64,000 nt of DNA from Deltaproteobacteria bacterium (GTDB taxonomy: Bacteria; Desulfobacterota; GWC2-55-46). This document shows, piece by piece, positions 55,024 through 64,000 of this stretch. A program made the translations under genes and the position numbers. The stretch lies in the NCBI GenBank assembly GCA_016219115.1, contig JACRCH010000016.1, positions 22,294-86,293 on the forward strand, written 5' to 3'. Each line of letters starts with the position of its first letter. Position 1 is the stretch's first letter. Under the pieces are notes generated by a model, which saw only the letters and a list, made by a program, of their open reading frames with translations, did not search any database and had not been told where the DNA came from.

Positions 55024-56928
55024 TTGATGGCACAGAAAGCTTCATGGCGTGAAATTAATATTGTATTAGCAATACTAGTTATAATCACCGTCTTCACCGC
55101 GCTCCCTGCCAATGCCGACAGCACCTTAAACCCTGAGGTACTAAAAGAGTCCGCTACCCTGCCATCAGTCAAAAGTCCCATCGGGGCTGCCCACCGCAAG
55201 GCCCTCAAGGCATATCAGACTACAAAAGACCCGAAGCATTCTATCAAGATACTGGAAGACGCAGGGGTAGCCGGACTTGCCGGCAAGGACCCTGAAACAG
55301 CCTCTCTTACAAAGGGTCAATATGCCGCCGTGCTCAACGACTACGCCTATTTTCTTTATCTTGCAGGGCAGAAGACAAGGGCTCTTCCCATACTTAACAG
55401 GGTCATAGAGGTCGACCCCGAAAGGGTGGCCGCATATCTAAACCGGGGCGATATCTATGGGGAGGTATACGGCAGGACAAAAGACATCCGCGACAAGGAA
55501 CTGTATGTAGCCGACTACAGGGCCTACAACGAGCGGATGATAAGGGATAAGAAGTCCTTCCTCGTCCCAGAGCGTGTAGAGCGGGGGCTTTATGCCCTTG
55601 AGATAAAACAACCGCCCGTGGAAAAGGAAAAGAGGCGGGAGTTGGAGGAGAAGCTCTACGAGGCCGCCAAGATGAACAACATCGAAGAGGTTGTAAGGCT
55701 TCTGAAGGAAGGAGCAGACCCTAACGCAGGAGCCTATGTTGCGCCCCTGCGTTACTCTGACAACGATGTGCTTCTCTACCAGAGCAAAAGCTACGAAACA
55801 CCGCTGGACTTTGCGGCCTTACAGAACAATATCGAGATGGCGAAGTACCTTATCTATAACGGCGCCACGGTGCATATGAGGTCTCTACAACGCAACACCC
55901 CCCTGCACTATGCCGCGTGTGGGGGAGACCTTGAAATGGTTAAGTACCTCTTGGGGAAAGGCGCCATATACGACTACCCGAACAACAACTCCTTTATGCC
56001 TGTCGGTTGGGCCATCGGCTGCAAGGACGGAGAGCATGAGGAGGAAGTCTTCGACTTCCTCCTGAGCATAAATAACGGAAGGTATATAAACGGGGCGACC
56101 TTAGACGAGATAATAAAGAATGCCGGGGGTCTTAAGGACAGGGAGAGGGGCCTGCGGGTAGTGCGCGACATTTTCACAAGGTTCAGGAAGCGCATTTCAA
56201 CAAAGGCCCTTGGTGAGAGTTATGTAAAAGCCGTGATGACTGACAACAGGAAGCTTGTCGATTTTTACAGAAAAAATAAAGTCAAGATAGATACTGACGA
56301 GTACATAGGGGCCCTTATAAGGGGGAAGAAGTTCGATGAGGCGAAGAAGGTTATTGAGTCGGCTAAGAAGCTCGGGAGAGAGACTTTTTCGAGTATAAGC
56401 TTAATACCTGTCTACAAAACAGATTGGAAGTGCGAGCGTGGGCAGGAGAGGTATGAAGGTAATGAGGTGGAGGAGTTATTGCTGCCTGCCATAAAGGCAT
56501 ACAATCTGAGTAAGCCTACGGAGTCTAACAACCATGACCTTATCTTTTCCCGGTTTTTAGACCAGCTCAGCTCTTATTCTTTCAAATATCCACTATGTTT
56601 TAATAAGGCGAGGACAATTAAAGTTGTCCGGTTGATGCTGGAAAATGGACTTAATCCAGCATTCCTCAATTCGGGATTCCATTATATTGTCGCACTCAAT
56701 GATCTTGAACTGGCAAAAGAGGTGCTTGAAAAAATAAGTGTTGATGAAAAAATTTGTTATTATTTATTTGCTAATGCAAGGTCGATGGAGATGGTCAGGT
56801 TTCTGGAGTCTCATGGATTCAGCCTTTCCAATGAAGAGTACAAGAGACTTGTCGAACATATGGAGAAAAAAACTTTCCCAGATACAGACCGGAGCGTTAT
56901 CGTGCATTATAAAACAAAAATCAAATAG
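55024..56928 (+). CDS. exported ankyrin-repeat / TPR-repeat protein
   Basis: A signal peptide (ILVIITVFTALPANA), TPR-like helices, then at least 3 ankyrin repeats (TPLDFAALQNNIEMAKYLIYNGATVH..RNTPLHYAACGGDLEMVKYLLGKGA). Confidence 0.75.
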   Translation: MMAQKASWREINIVLAILVIITVFTALPANADSTLNPEVLKESATLPSVKSPIGAAHRKALKAYQTTKDPKHSIKILEDAGVAGLAGKDPETASLTKGQYAAVLNDYAYFLYLAGQKTRALPILNRVIEVDPERVAAYLNRGDIYGEVYGRTKDIRDKELYVADYRAYNERMIRDKKSFLVPERVERGLYALEIKQPPVEKEKRRELEEKLYEAAKMNNIEEVVRLLKEGADPNAGAYVAPLRYSDNDVLLYQSKSYETPLDFAALQNNIEMAKYLIYNGATVHMRSLQRNTPLHYAACGGDLEMVKYLLGKGAIYDYPNNNSFMPVGWAIGCKDGEHEEEVFDFLLSINNGRYINGATLDEIIKNAGGLKDRERGLRVVRDIFTRFRKRISTKALGESYVKAVMTDNRKLVDFYRKNKVKIDTDEYIGALIRGKKFDEAKKVIESAKKLGRETFSSISLIPVYKTDWKCERGQERYEGNEVEELLLPAIKAYNLSKPTESNNHDLIFSRFLDQLSSYSFKYPLCFNKARTIKVVRLMLENGLNPAFLNSGFHYIVALNDLELAKEVLEKISVDEKICYYLFANARSMEMVRFLESHGFSLSNEEYKRLVEHMEKKTFPDTDRSVIVHYKTKIK

Positions 56929-56939
56929 GGAGGTAGAAC

Positions 56940-59900
56940 ATGGCGGTATTTAATACAACACAGCAAGAGACGGACTTCAAGAATCTGCTTCGGGAGGTTT
57001 ACTTACGGAATGAAGCACAACCTAATGAGTGGTATGTATTTACAAGTAATGCGGGTACGGGCACTAGCGGCTGGAGCTTCGGCCCGGCGCAGTGGGATGT
57101 GAGAAATAATCCTTCGGTCGCTATACCTATTTTAGATAAGATGAAAGATAGTAATGGAGTAAAATTATTTAGTGATACTGATATTAGTAAATTAAGAGGC
57201 TCTGAAAACATTACTGCTTCTGACCTGGAAAGATATAACGCTATACTTAATGCTAATCAGGTGTTGATTAATGCAGAATTTGAGCAGCATCTTAATAACG
57301 ATGTTGCTCTCATTGAAAACCTTGTTTCAGAACTTAGCGCATCAGGCAATCAACAGACGGCCGATTATATAACAAGCAACAAACTGGCACAAGTGATGTT
57401 GGTGGATTACAATAATCAATTCAAGATCAGTGGGGTTGACAGCAACGGAACAGTTAACGGTGCCAATGACGGCAAGATGATGAAATTTTTAAAAGGTCTT
57501 CAGGTTGATGATTACGGCGGTGGAAAGATGGATACGGGCCCAAGCTTTGATGTGACGGACATTATGAAGTTCTTAACAGGGACTAAATGGGCTTACAATT
57601 ATGAAAACGATGGTCAGGGTCCAAGAGATATATATAGAAGGCTTACAAACATCAGGGATACAGTCGGATCATTTTTAACAGATGCGGAACGTCAACTGAT
57701 AAATACTTTTTTAGGTATTCAAAGGCTCGGTTTGCTGGGTGATGCTATTCATGATGCTTGGCTGAACTATTTTAATACGGCAAAGACGGTAATAGTCACT
57801 CCAAGTTCGCATTGTCCACTAATTTTTGATTTGGATGGAGACGGCGTTGAGACAACGAATGTCAAGGCTGGCTATTATTTTGACCATGATGGTGATGGTT
57901 TCGCCCAACAGACCGGGTGGGCCGGACAGGATGATGGCGTACTGTTTAGAGACCTTAATGGAAACGGACTTATTGATAACGGAGCAGAATTGTTCGGGAA
58001 TGAAACTATCCTAACAAGCGGTGCAAAGGCGGCCAATGGATTTTTGGCGCTGGCTGAACTGGACAACAATGCTGACGGCAAGATAGACTCGAATGATACC
58101 GCATGGGGTGAGCTGAAAATATGGCAAGATAACAACAACGATGGATATACCACGGTTGATGAGATGCTTACGCTTGATGCATTAGGCATTCAGTCGATAA
58201 ATACCGGCTACACTACATCAGCCATGGTCGATACCCAGGGCAATGAACATCGTCAAACAGGCAGTTTTACTAAGACGGACGGAACAACAGGAACGGTTTC
58301 TGATGTGTGGTTCCGGACTGATAACGCATTTGCAATGGCAAAAGAATGGCTTGATGTGCCTCAGGATATTGCCGCCCTGCCTGATTTGAAGGGTGGCGGA
58401 ACTGTCTATGATTTGCACCAAGCGATGGTACGCGATACGAGCGGAGCATTGAAAACACTGGTTCAGAGTTTTATTGCCGAGGCTGATCCCATTATACGCG
58501 GCAATTTGATGGAGCAGATACTTATAAAGTGGACCGGAAGCGATGATATCGACCCTAATAGCAGGGGGCAATGGATTGATGCACGAAATTTGAGTGCCCT
58601 AGAGAAATTATTCAACAACCAATTTGTAGATATTAACGGCAATACAGACCCCAATACTATGAATGCGATCCTATTAAGGCAAGCGTTTCAGGGAGTGGTT
58701 GAAAAAAATTACGCACAGTTAATTGCCCAGACTCATATTCAAAACCTTGTCAATATGATCACATATTCCTGGGATGCTACTGCATCGGACCTTAAGGGTG
58801 ACTTGAGTGCTGTACAAACAGAAATACAGACCCAAATTAATACAAACTATGATACGGGCAAGCAGTTCCTTTCCGAATTCTCTCGAATTCTGAAAGGACT
58901 TAACGCAGAAGGAATAACAGACTTCACAAATTTCAGAGATTATTTTGCGTCTCAGAGTGAAGATTTGGCGTGGACAATCGATGCCGCAGGAAAATATTTA
59001 ATAAGCGGAACAGCCGGTAACGATGCTTTCAATGCAGCAGATATTAATAGCGCTTTGACCGGAGGTGACGGGAATGACACTTTATCTGGGCTAGATGGAA
59101 ACGATACGATATACGGGAATGCCGGTGTAGACTATTTAAACGGAGGCAACGGGGATGATTTGATTGCTGGTGGGGCCGGCAATGACTTCTTATACGGAGA
59201 GACCGGCAATGATACCCTTTACGGGGGCGATGGGAACGACAATATAGATGGCGGCGATGGCTCTGATTTTCTTTATGGTGGAGCTGGAGACGATTATATC
59301 GCTGGCGGAGCCGGCAGCGATACCTATCTATTCAACCTTGGAGACGGTCAAGACACCATAAGCGAGGGTGACTGGCCGGGGATTGATATAGACGTGCTCA
59401 GGTTCGGGAGTGGCATAACGAGTGCGGATCTTCTTATCGGAAGAGATATGAACAATCTTTACAACCTTACGGTCGGTATAAGCGGTACCTCTGACAAGAT
59501 CACGGTGGAGAACTGGTACGGTGACAATGCTTACAAGCTTGAGCGTTTCGACTTTGCCAACGGTACAAGCCTTACGGGAGCCGAGGTAGAGGCGATGGCA
59601 GTTATAAGGGGGACTGCCGGTGATGACTGGATTTATGGTAGTCCCGAGAATGAGAAATTCGAGGGTGGTTTAGGCAACGACTATATCTCAGGCGATGGGG
59701 GAAATGATACATACCTCTTCCAGCGTGGAGGCGGGCAGGATACTATAACTGATTATGACACGATAGTAGGCAATACGGATGTTGTCCAGTTCGACGTTAA
59801 TCCCCTTGATTTGATCTTTTCCCAATCAGGCAATAACCTCAGCCTCTCGATAAGTGGCTCTTCCGACAGTCTTAACGTGCAGAACTGGTATTCAGGCATA

Positions 59901-60089
59901 GATAACCAAACCGAGATATTTAAGGCTGCGGATGGAAGTCAGCTTCTGAGTACTCAAGTCGACCAGCTTGTCCAGGCCATGGCGTCGTTCTGCTCCAGCA
60001 ACGGTATAAGCTGGGAGCAGGCGATACAAACCAACCCACAAGATGTCCAGCAGATACTCGCTCAGAATTGGAGTCAACCTCAACCATAA
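56940..60089 (+). CDS. large RTX-family calcium-binding repeat protein (type I secretion substrate)
   Basis: Tandem GGxGxDxUx nonapeptides (GGDGNDTLSGLDGNDTIYGNAGVDYLNGGNGDDLIAGGAGNDFLYGETGNDTLYGGDGND...). Two HCBP-related modules (ITVENWYGDN...ERFDFANGTSL; LNVQNWYSG...IFKAADGSQL). An N-terminal acidic DxDGDG domain. No N-terminal signal peptide, consistent with a C-terminal secretion signal. Confidence 0.85.
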   Translation: MAVFNTTQQETDFKNLLREVYLRNEAQPNEWYVFTSNAGTGTSGWSFGPAQWDVRNNPSVAIPILDKMKDSNGVKLFSDTDISKLRGSENITASDLERYNAILNANQVLINAEFEQHLNNDVALIENLVSELSASGNQQTADYITSNKLAQVMLVDYNNQFKISGVDSNGTVNGANDGKMMKFLKGLQVDDYGGGKMDTGPSFDVTDIMKFLTGTKWAYNYENDGQGPRDIYRRLTNIRDTVGSFLTDAERQLINTFLGIQRLGLLGDAIHDAWLNYFNTAKTVIVTPSSHCPLIFDLDGDGVETTNVKAGYYFDHDGDGFAQQTGWAGQDDGVLFRDLNGNGLIDNGAELFGNETILTSGAKAANGFLALAELDNNADGKIDSNDTAWGELKIWQDNNNDGYTTVDEMLTLDALGIQSINTGYTTSAMVDTQGNEHRQTGSFTKTDGTTGTVSDVWFRTDNAFAMAKEWLDVPQDIAALPDLKGGGTVYDLHQAMVRDTSGALKTLVQSFIAEADPIIRGNLMEQILIKWTGSDDIDPNSRGQWIDARNLSALEKLFNNQFVDINGNTDPNTMNAILLRQAFQGVVEKNYAQLIAQTHIQNLVNMITYSWDATASDLKGDLSAVQTEIQTQINTNYDTGKQFLSEFSRILKGLNAEGITDFTNFRDYFASQSEDLAWTIDAAGKYLISGTAGNDAFNAADINSALTGGDGNDTLSGLDGNDTIYGNAGVDYLNGGNGDDLIAGGAGNDFLYGETGNDTLYGGDGNDNIDGGDGSDFLYGGAGDDYIAGGAGSDTYLFNLGDGQDTISEGDWPGIDIDVLRFGSGITSADLLIGRDMNNLYNLTVGISGTSDKITVENWYGDNAYKLERFDFANGTSLTGAEVEAMAVIRGTAGDDWIYGSPENEKFEGGLGNDYISGDGGNDTYLFQRGGGQDTITDYDTIVGNTDVVQFDVNPLDLIFSQSGNNLSLSISGSSDSLNVQNWYSGIDNQTEIFKAADGSQLLSTQVDQLVQAMASFCSSNGISWEQAIQTNPQDVQQILAQNWSQPQP

Positions 60090-60235
60090 CGAGTTTTTGT
60101 TATATGTTTTTGTGTAGCTTCCAGTTAATTTCACTCATCCCTATCAATACACATGGGGAGAGGATTGAAACACCACATTGAAGAATAGTATCGTTATTAA
60201 AGGTCGTATTTTATGGAAAGCGCGCAAGAGGTTAT

Positions 60236-62392
60236 GTGGACACGGAACAGCAAAAGGATGCCGGCGGTGACCATAAGAAGATAGATAGCGGTTTACACTG
60301 CCTTGTAACGATAGCGAAGTTTCATGGTGTTGCCGCAGATCCTGCCCAGATAAAACACACCTTTGCCATCGGATCGGATGGCATGAGTACCATTGATATA
60401 TTAAGAGCCTCCAGAGAATTAGGATTCAAGTCAAAAGCAGCAATAGTAAGATACGAAAGGCTACAAAGACTCCCGCTTCCAGCGATTGTAGAGGCTGAAG
60501 GCGGTGGGTATTTTATTCTTGCCAAAGTTGAAGGCGAGCAATTACTTGCCTTGAATCCTTTGGAAGGCAAGCCTAAGATTTTAAAAAAAGAAGAATTCTT
60601 AAGAGCATGGAAAGGCGGGATAATTCTTTTATCATATAGAGGTTCAGGATTTTTGTATTCAGAGGAAATCTTTGGGCTCAAATGGTTCATTCCCGCGATA
60701 TGGAAATACAGAAGAGCACTCAGAGACGTGTTGATTGCCTCTTTTGTACTTCAGATTTTTGCCCTTATCACTCCCATATTCACCCAAGTCATAATCGATA
60801 AAGTCCTTGTCCATAACGGTGTAACTACACTTGACGTCCTTGCCATTGGGTTAATAACGATTGCCCTCTTTGAGGCAATTCTGAATATTTTGAGGACATT
60901 CGTTTTCACCCATACCACAAGCCAGATAGATGTCACGCTTGGTGCGAAGCTGTTCAAACATCTAATGGCGCTACCTCTCAGATATTTTGAGGTTCGGAGA
61001 GTGGGAGATACCGTTGCCAGGGTACGGGAGCTTGAGAACATAAGGCAATTCCTTACGGGTGCGCCGCTTACGTCCATTCTGGATGTAATGTTCATAGCCG
61101 TGTTTGTGATAGTAATGTTTTTCTACAGTGCAACTTTATCACTGGTTGCCTTGGCGGCGCTCCCTTTTTTTGCTCTGCTATCAGCGATTGTCACTCCCAT
61201 GCTACGACACAGACTTGACGAGAGGTTCAACAGAGGCGCAGACGCACAGTCGTATCTGGTTGAAGCAGTTAACGGAATACAAACGGTAAAATCGTTTGCA
61301 CTTGAGCCTGAGGCTCAGAAAAAATGGGAAAGTCTTCTTGCAAATTACATCAAAGCAAGCTTTAAGACATACCAGTTGTCTGGCATTGCAGGAGGCATCG
61401 GGCAACTGATACAAAAATTATCTTATCTTGTTATTCTATGGGTAGGAGCGAAGCTAGTAATGGATGGGCAATTGACCGTCGGGCAGTTGATCGCCTTTCA
61501 GATGTTGTCGGGAAGAGTCAGCGACCCAGTACTAAGGCTTGTTCAAATGTGGCAGGAGTTCCAGCAAGCTGGTCTTTCCATAAGAAGGCTTGGCGACATA
61601 TTTAATACTAAGCCGGAACCGGCGATTGCCGCTACTAAAATGAGACTTCCATCCATCAAGGGAAGTGTCAGGCTTGAAGGGGTTAGGTTCAGGTATCGTA
61701 TCGACGGCTCTGAGGTGCTTAGGAACATTTCGCTTCATGTTGAACCTGGGACAACCATAGGGATTGTCGGAAGAAGCGGATCGGGGAAGAGCACTATCGC
61801 CAAGCTCATACAGAGACTCTACCTTCCAGAATCAGGCAAAATACTTATTGATGGTGTAGACATATCACTTGCGGACCCTGCTTGGCTTAGACGTCAGATA
61901 GGTGTTGTGCTGCAGGAAAACTATCTTTTTAATAGCAGCGTAAGAGATAATATTGCGATTCATTATCCTTCCGCGCAGATGGAAGAGATCATCAGGGCCG
62001 CACAGCTTGCCGGTGCCCATGAGTTTATCCTTGAACTTCCGGAAGGATACGACACCACAGTAGGAGAAAAAGGTACTGCTCTTTCGGGTGGGCAGAGACA
62101 GAGGGTTGCCATTGCGAGGGCGCTTCTTATGAATCCACGAATTCTTATATTCGACGAAGCAACCTCGGCGCTGGATTACGAGTCTGAAAGTATAATTCAG
62201 AGTAATCTTAAAAGAATATGCCATGGTAGGACCGTAATAATAATAGCACACAGGCTTTCCACTTTAAGGAACGCGGATAAAACAATAATGATAGACAGAG
62301 GTGAACTCATAGAATCTGGAAGTCATGAAGAATTAATTTCCAGGAAAGGACTATATTGCCATCTCTATAGCCAGCAGGAAAGGCATGTGTAA
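60236..62392 (+). CDS. type I secretion system ABC transporter (HlyB family) with N-terminal C39-like domain lacking the catalytic Cys
   Basis: A C39-like domain (DSGLHCLVTIAKFHG, Cys to Ser at the catalytic position), six TM helices, Walker A (GRSGSGKST), signature ([14 protein letters not shown]) and Walker B (ILIFDEATS). Confidence 0.9.
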   Translation: MDTEQQKDAGGDHKKIDSGLHCLVTIAKFHGVAADPAQIKHTFAIGSDGMSTIDILRASRELGFKSKAAIVRYERLQRLPLPAIVEAEGGGYFILAKVEGEQLLALNPLEGKPKILKKEEFLRAWKGGIILLSYRGSGFLYSEEIFGLKWFIPAIWKYRRALRDVLIASFVLQIFALITPIFTQVIIDKVLVHNGVTTLDVLAIGLITIALFEAILNILRTFVFTHTTSQIDVTLGAKLFKHLMALPLRYFEVRRVGDTVARVRELENIRQFLTGAPLTSILDVMFIAVFVIVMFFYSATLSLVALAALPFFALLSAIVTPMLRHRLDERFNRGADAQSYLVEAVNGIQTVKSFALEPEAQKKWESLLANYIKASFKTYQLSGIAGGIGQLIQKLSYLVILWVGAKLVMDGQLTVGQLIAFQMLSGRVSDPVLRLVQMWQEFQQAGLSIRRLGDIFNTKPEPAIAATKMRLPSIKGSVRLEGVRFRYRIDGSEVLRNISLHVEPGTTIGIVGRSGSGKSTIAKLIQRLYLPESGKILIDGVDISLADPAWLRRQIGVVLQENYLFNSSVRDNIAIHYPSAQMEEIIRAAQLAGAHEFILELPEGYDTTVGEKGTALSGGQRQRVAIARALLMNPRILIFDEATSALDYESESIIQSNLKRICHGRTVIIIAHRLSTLRNADKTIMIDRGELIESGSHEELISRKGLYCHLYSQQERHV

Positions 62393-62470
62393 ATGGTTGC
62401 ATTTGAATATTCTGAATTCTATTATTCGATTTTTTCGCCCTCTTGATTACGGCTTATTAGAGGTGTTGCT

Positions 62471-63799
62471 ATGATAGAATGGCTTAAAAAGGCATTAAGA
62501 AAGGATAAGCTTGAATATGAGTTCTTGCCTCCAGTCCTTGAAATAATCGAGACCCCGCCATCTCCATTTAAAAGCCTATTGATCTGGGTTGTTTTTTTAA
62601 TGGTTCTCATAGCCTTTGCTTGGGCCTATTTCGGTACGGTTGACGAAGTGGCTACGGCCAGAGGAAGAGTAATACCTGATGGAAGATTAAAGGTAGTACA
62701 GCCTATAGAAGCGGGCGTAATCAGGGGCATACATGTTCGGGAGGGACAGAGTGTTAAGGAAGGAGATGTGCTAATTGAACTTGACCCAACGATAAAGCTC
62801 GCAGATGTTGAAAGTAACGAAAAATCACTTTCAATTCATCAGGTGGACAGAGAAAGGCTTTTGGCAGAACTCCGAAGCGGCAATATGATTATCAAGGGAA
62901 GAGGAGAATTATTTGAATTACAGAAAAAATTAAAGGATGCAAGGGAGTCTGAATACAATGCAAGGGAAGAAGCAATTAAGTCTGTCATTGCTCAAAAGGA
63001 CAATGAGATTCGGGCTTCAGAGGCTATATTGGTGAAGCTGGAAAAAACATATTTGATTTTAAAAGAGCAGGAGAGTTCCCTTAGGAGCCTTTTCGAGCAG
63101 GGTTATCTTACCAAAAAGGATCTACTCGACAAACAGTTGCAGTTGTATGCATCTGAGCAGGAAGCTGAGGCGCAGAAAAAGACGGTACTGCAGGTGAGGG
63201 AAGGGTTGAATGAAAAAAAGATGAATCTCGATGCGCTCAAAAAAGAACGGGAGAAAGTGATACTCAACGATATTGTGGATAGTGAAAAGACAATTGCTCC
63301 GATAGAGGGAGAGGTAAGGAAGGCACGGAGAAAATATGAACTTGAAAGACTGAGTTCTCCGGTAGATGGTACTGTCCACGGTATTTCCGCGCATACAATT
63401 GGAGGAGTTGTAACGCCGGCACAGCCCGTTGTCACCGTTGTCCCGGTAGGAACACCTCTTATAGTTGAGGCAACAGCGCTTAACAGGGACATCGGATTTT
63501 TAGAAGTCGGACAGGAAGTAAATATCAAATTCGATACCTTTCCATTTCAGAAGTACGGCACTATTCAAGGAAAGGTTGTATGGATAAGCCCTGATTCCTT
63601 TGATGATGAAAAGCTTGGCCCTATTTACAAGATGAAGGTTGAGATGGAAAAGCGGAGTATGAATATTGACAATAGGGTTGCGTCAATCACGCCAGGGATG
63701 ACCGTATCCGTTGATGTTAAGACTGGTAAAAGGCGCGTAATAGAATTTTTCCTCTCACCTATAGTAAAATACACAAAAGAGAGTCTCATACTTAGATAA
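62471..63799 (+). CDS. type I secretion periplasmic adaptor (HlyD family)
   Basis: An N-terminal TM, the HlyD motif (TARGRVIPDGRLKVVQPIEAGVIRGIHVREGQSVKEGDVLIELDP), a long coiled-coil and a C-terminal beta domain. Confidence 0.9.
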   Translation: MIEWLKKALRKDKLEYEFLPPVLEIIETPPSPFKSLLIWVVFLMVLIAFAWAYFGTVDEVATARGRVIPDGRLKVVQPIEAGVIRGIHVREGQSVKEGDVLIELDPTIKLADVESNEKSLSIHQVDRERLLAELRSGNMIIKGRGELFELQKKLKDARESEYNAREEAIKSVIAQKDNEIRASEAILVKLEKTYLILKEQESSLRSLFEQGYLTKKDLLDKQLQLYASEQEAEAQKKTVLQVREGLNEKKMNLDALKKEREKVILNDIVDSEKTIAPIEGEVRKARRKYELERLSSPVDGTVHGISAHTIGGVVTPAQPVVTVVPVGTPLIVEATALNRDIGFLEVGQEVNIKFDTFPFQKYGTIQGKVVWISPDSFDDEKLGPIYKMKVEMEKRSMNIDNRVASITPGMTVSVDVKTGKRRVIEFFLSPIVKYTKESLILR

Positions 63800-64000
63800 C
63801 ACCGCCAATACGGCAACTGGTAGGGCGACAGCTTGGTGTCCAAGAAAAGTCTGGTTGCACTCAATTTTCTGGTAGAATGCAAGAGCAGGCCTCTGACGCT
63901 TGTCAAGCTAAATACTAAATCCGCCAAGGCTACATATAAGGCAGCTGTGAAGAGGCTAAAGGGCCTAACAGCAAGGGGCAGAAGGACCTTGTCCATGGGG

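Overview
This is a high-GC bacterial chromosomal segment. Gene content suggests an anaerobic delta-proteobacterium- or sulfate-reducer-like organism, but that taxonomic guess is low confidence. The window is unusually rich in modular intergenic repeats. From start to end it holds the following. (1) Housekeeping and envelope genes: an alpha-glucan phosphorylase, an Slt-family lytic transglycosylase, an M48 peptidase, and two paralogous TMTC-like membrane glycosyltransferases with C-terminal TPR repeats. (2) A regulatory neighbourhood: single-domain response regulators, a large STAND-ATPase/SARP regulator that looks frameshifted, an EAL-domain remnant, and a histidine kinase, receiver, sigma-54 activator and RpoS-like sigma factor arranged as a cascade with a recognisable sigma-54 promoter. 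(3) A minus-strand pterin cofactor cluster (folK, folB/folX, FolM-like, pterin carbinolamine dehydratase, FAD oxidoreductase) followed by a ComA-like phosphosulfolactate synthase and an MmgE/PrpD gene; a deoxyhypusine-synthase-like gene and a PRMT-like methyltransferase are transcribed divergently. (4) A MacB-type ABC transporter, permease and adaptor. (5) A [NiFeSe] hydrogenase operon whose large subunit carries an in-frame TGA selenocysteine codon in its C-terminal DPUxxCxxH motif with a SECIS-like hairpin; it is followed by a cytochrome b subunit, a maturation protease, hypA and hypB, and then, unexpectedly, a HypC domain fused to a HydE-like radical SAM enzyme, a HydG-like tyrosine lyase with the CX2CX22C motif, and a YgiQ radical SAM protein. 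(6) A lower-GC, probably horizontally acquired region at the right end: a ParB-like fragment, an M23 peptidase, a tRNA 3' fragment with its terminator that looks like an integration scar, and a type I secretion locus (ankyrin/TPR exported protein, RTX-type calcium-binding repeat protein, HlyB-like transporter with a degenerate C39 domain, HlyD-like adaptor). The hydrogenase maturation module (HypC–HydE fusion plus HydG beside HypAB) is the most novel-looking system.
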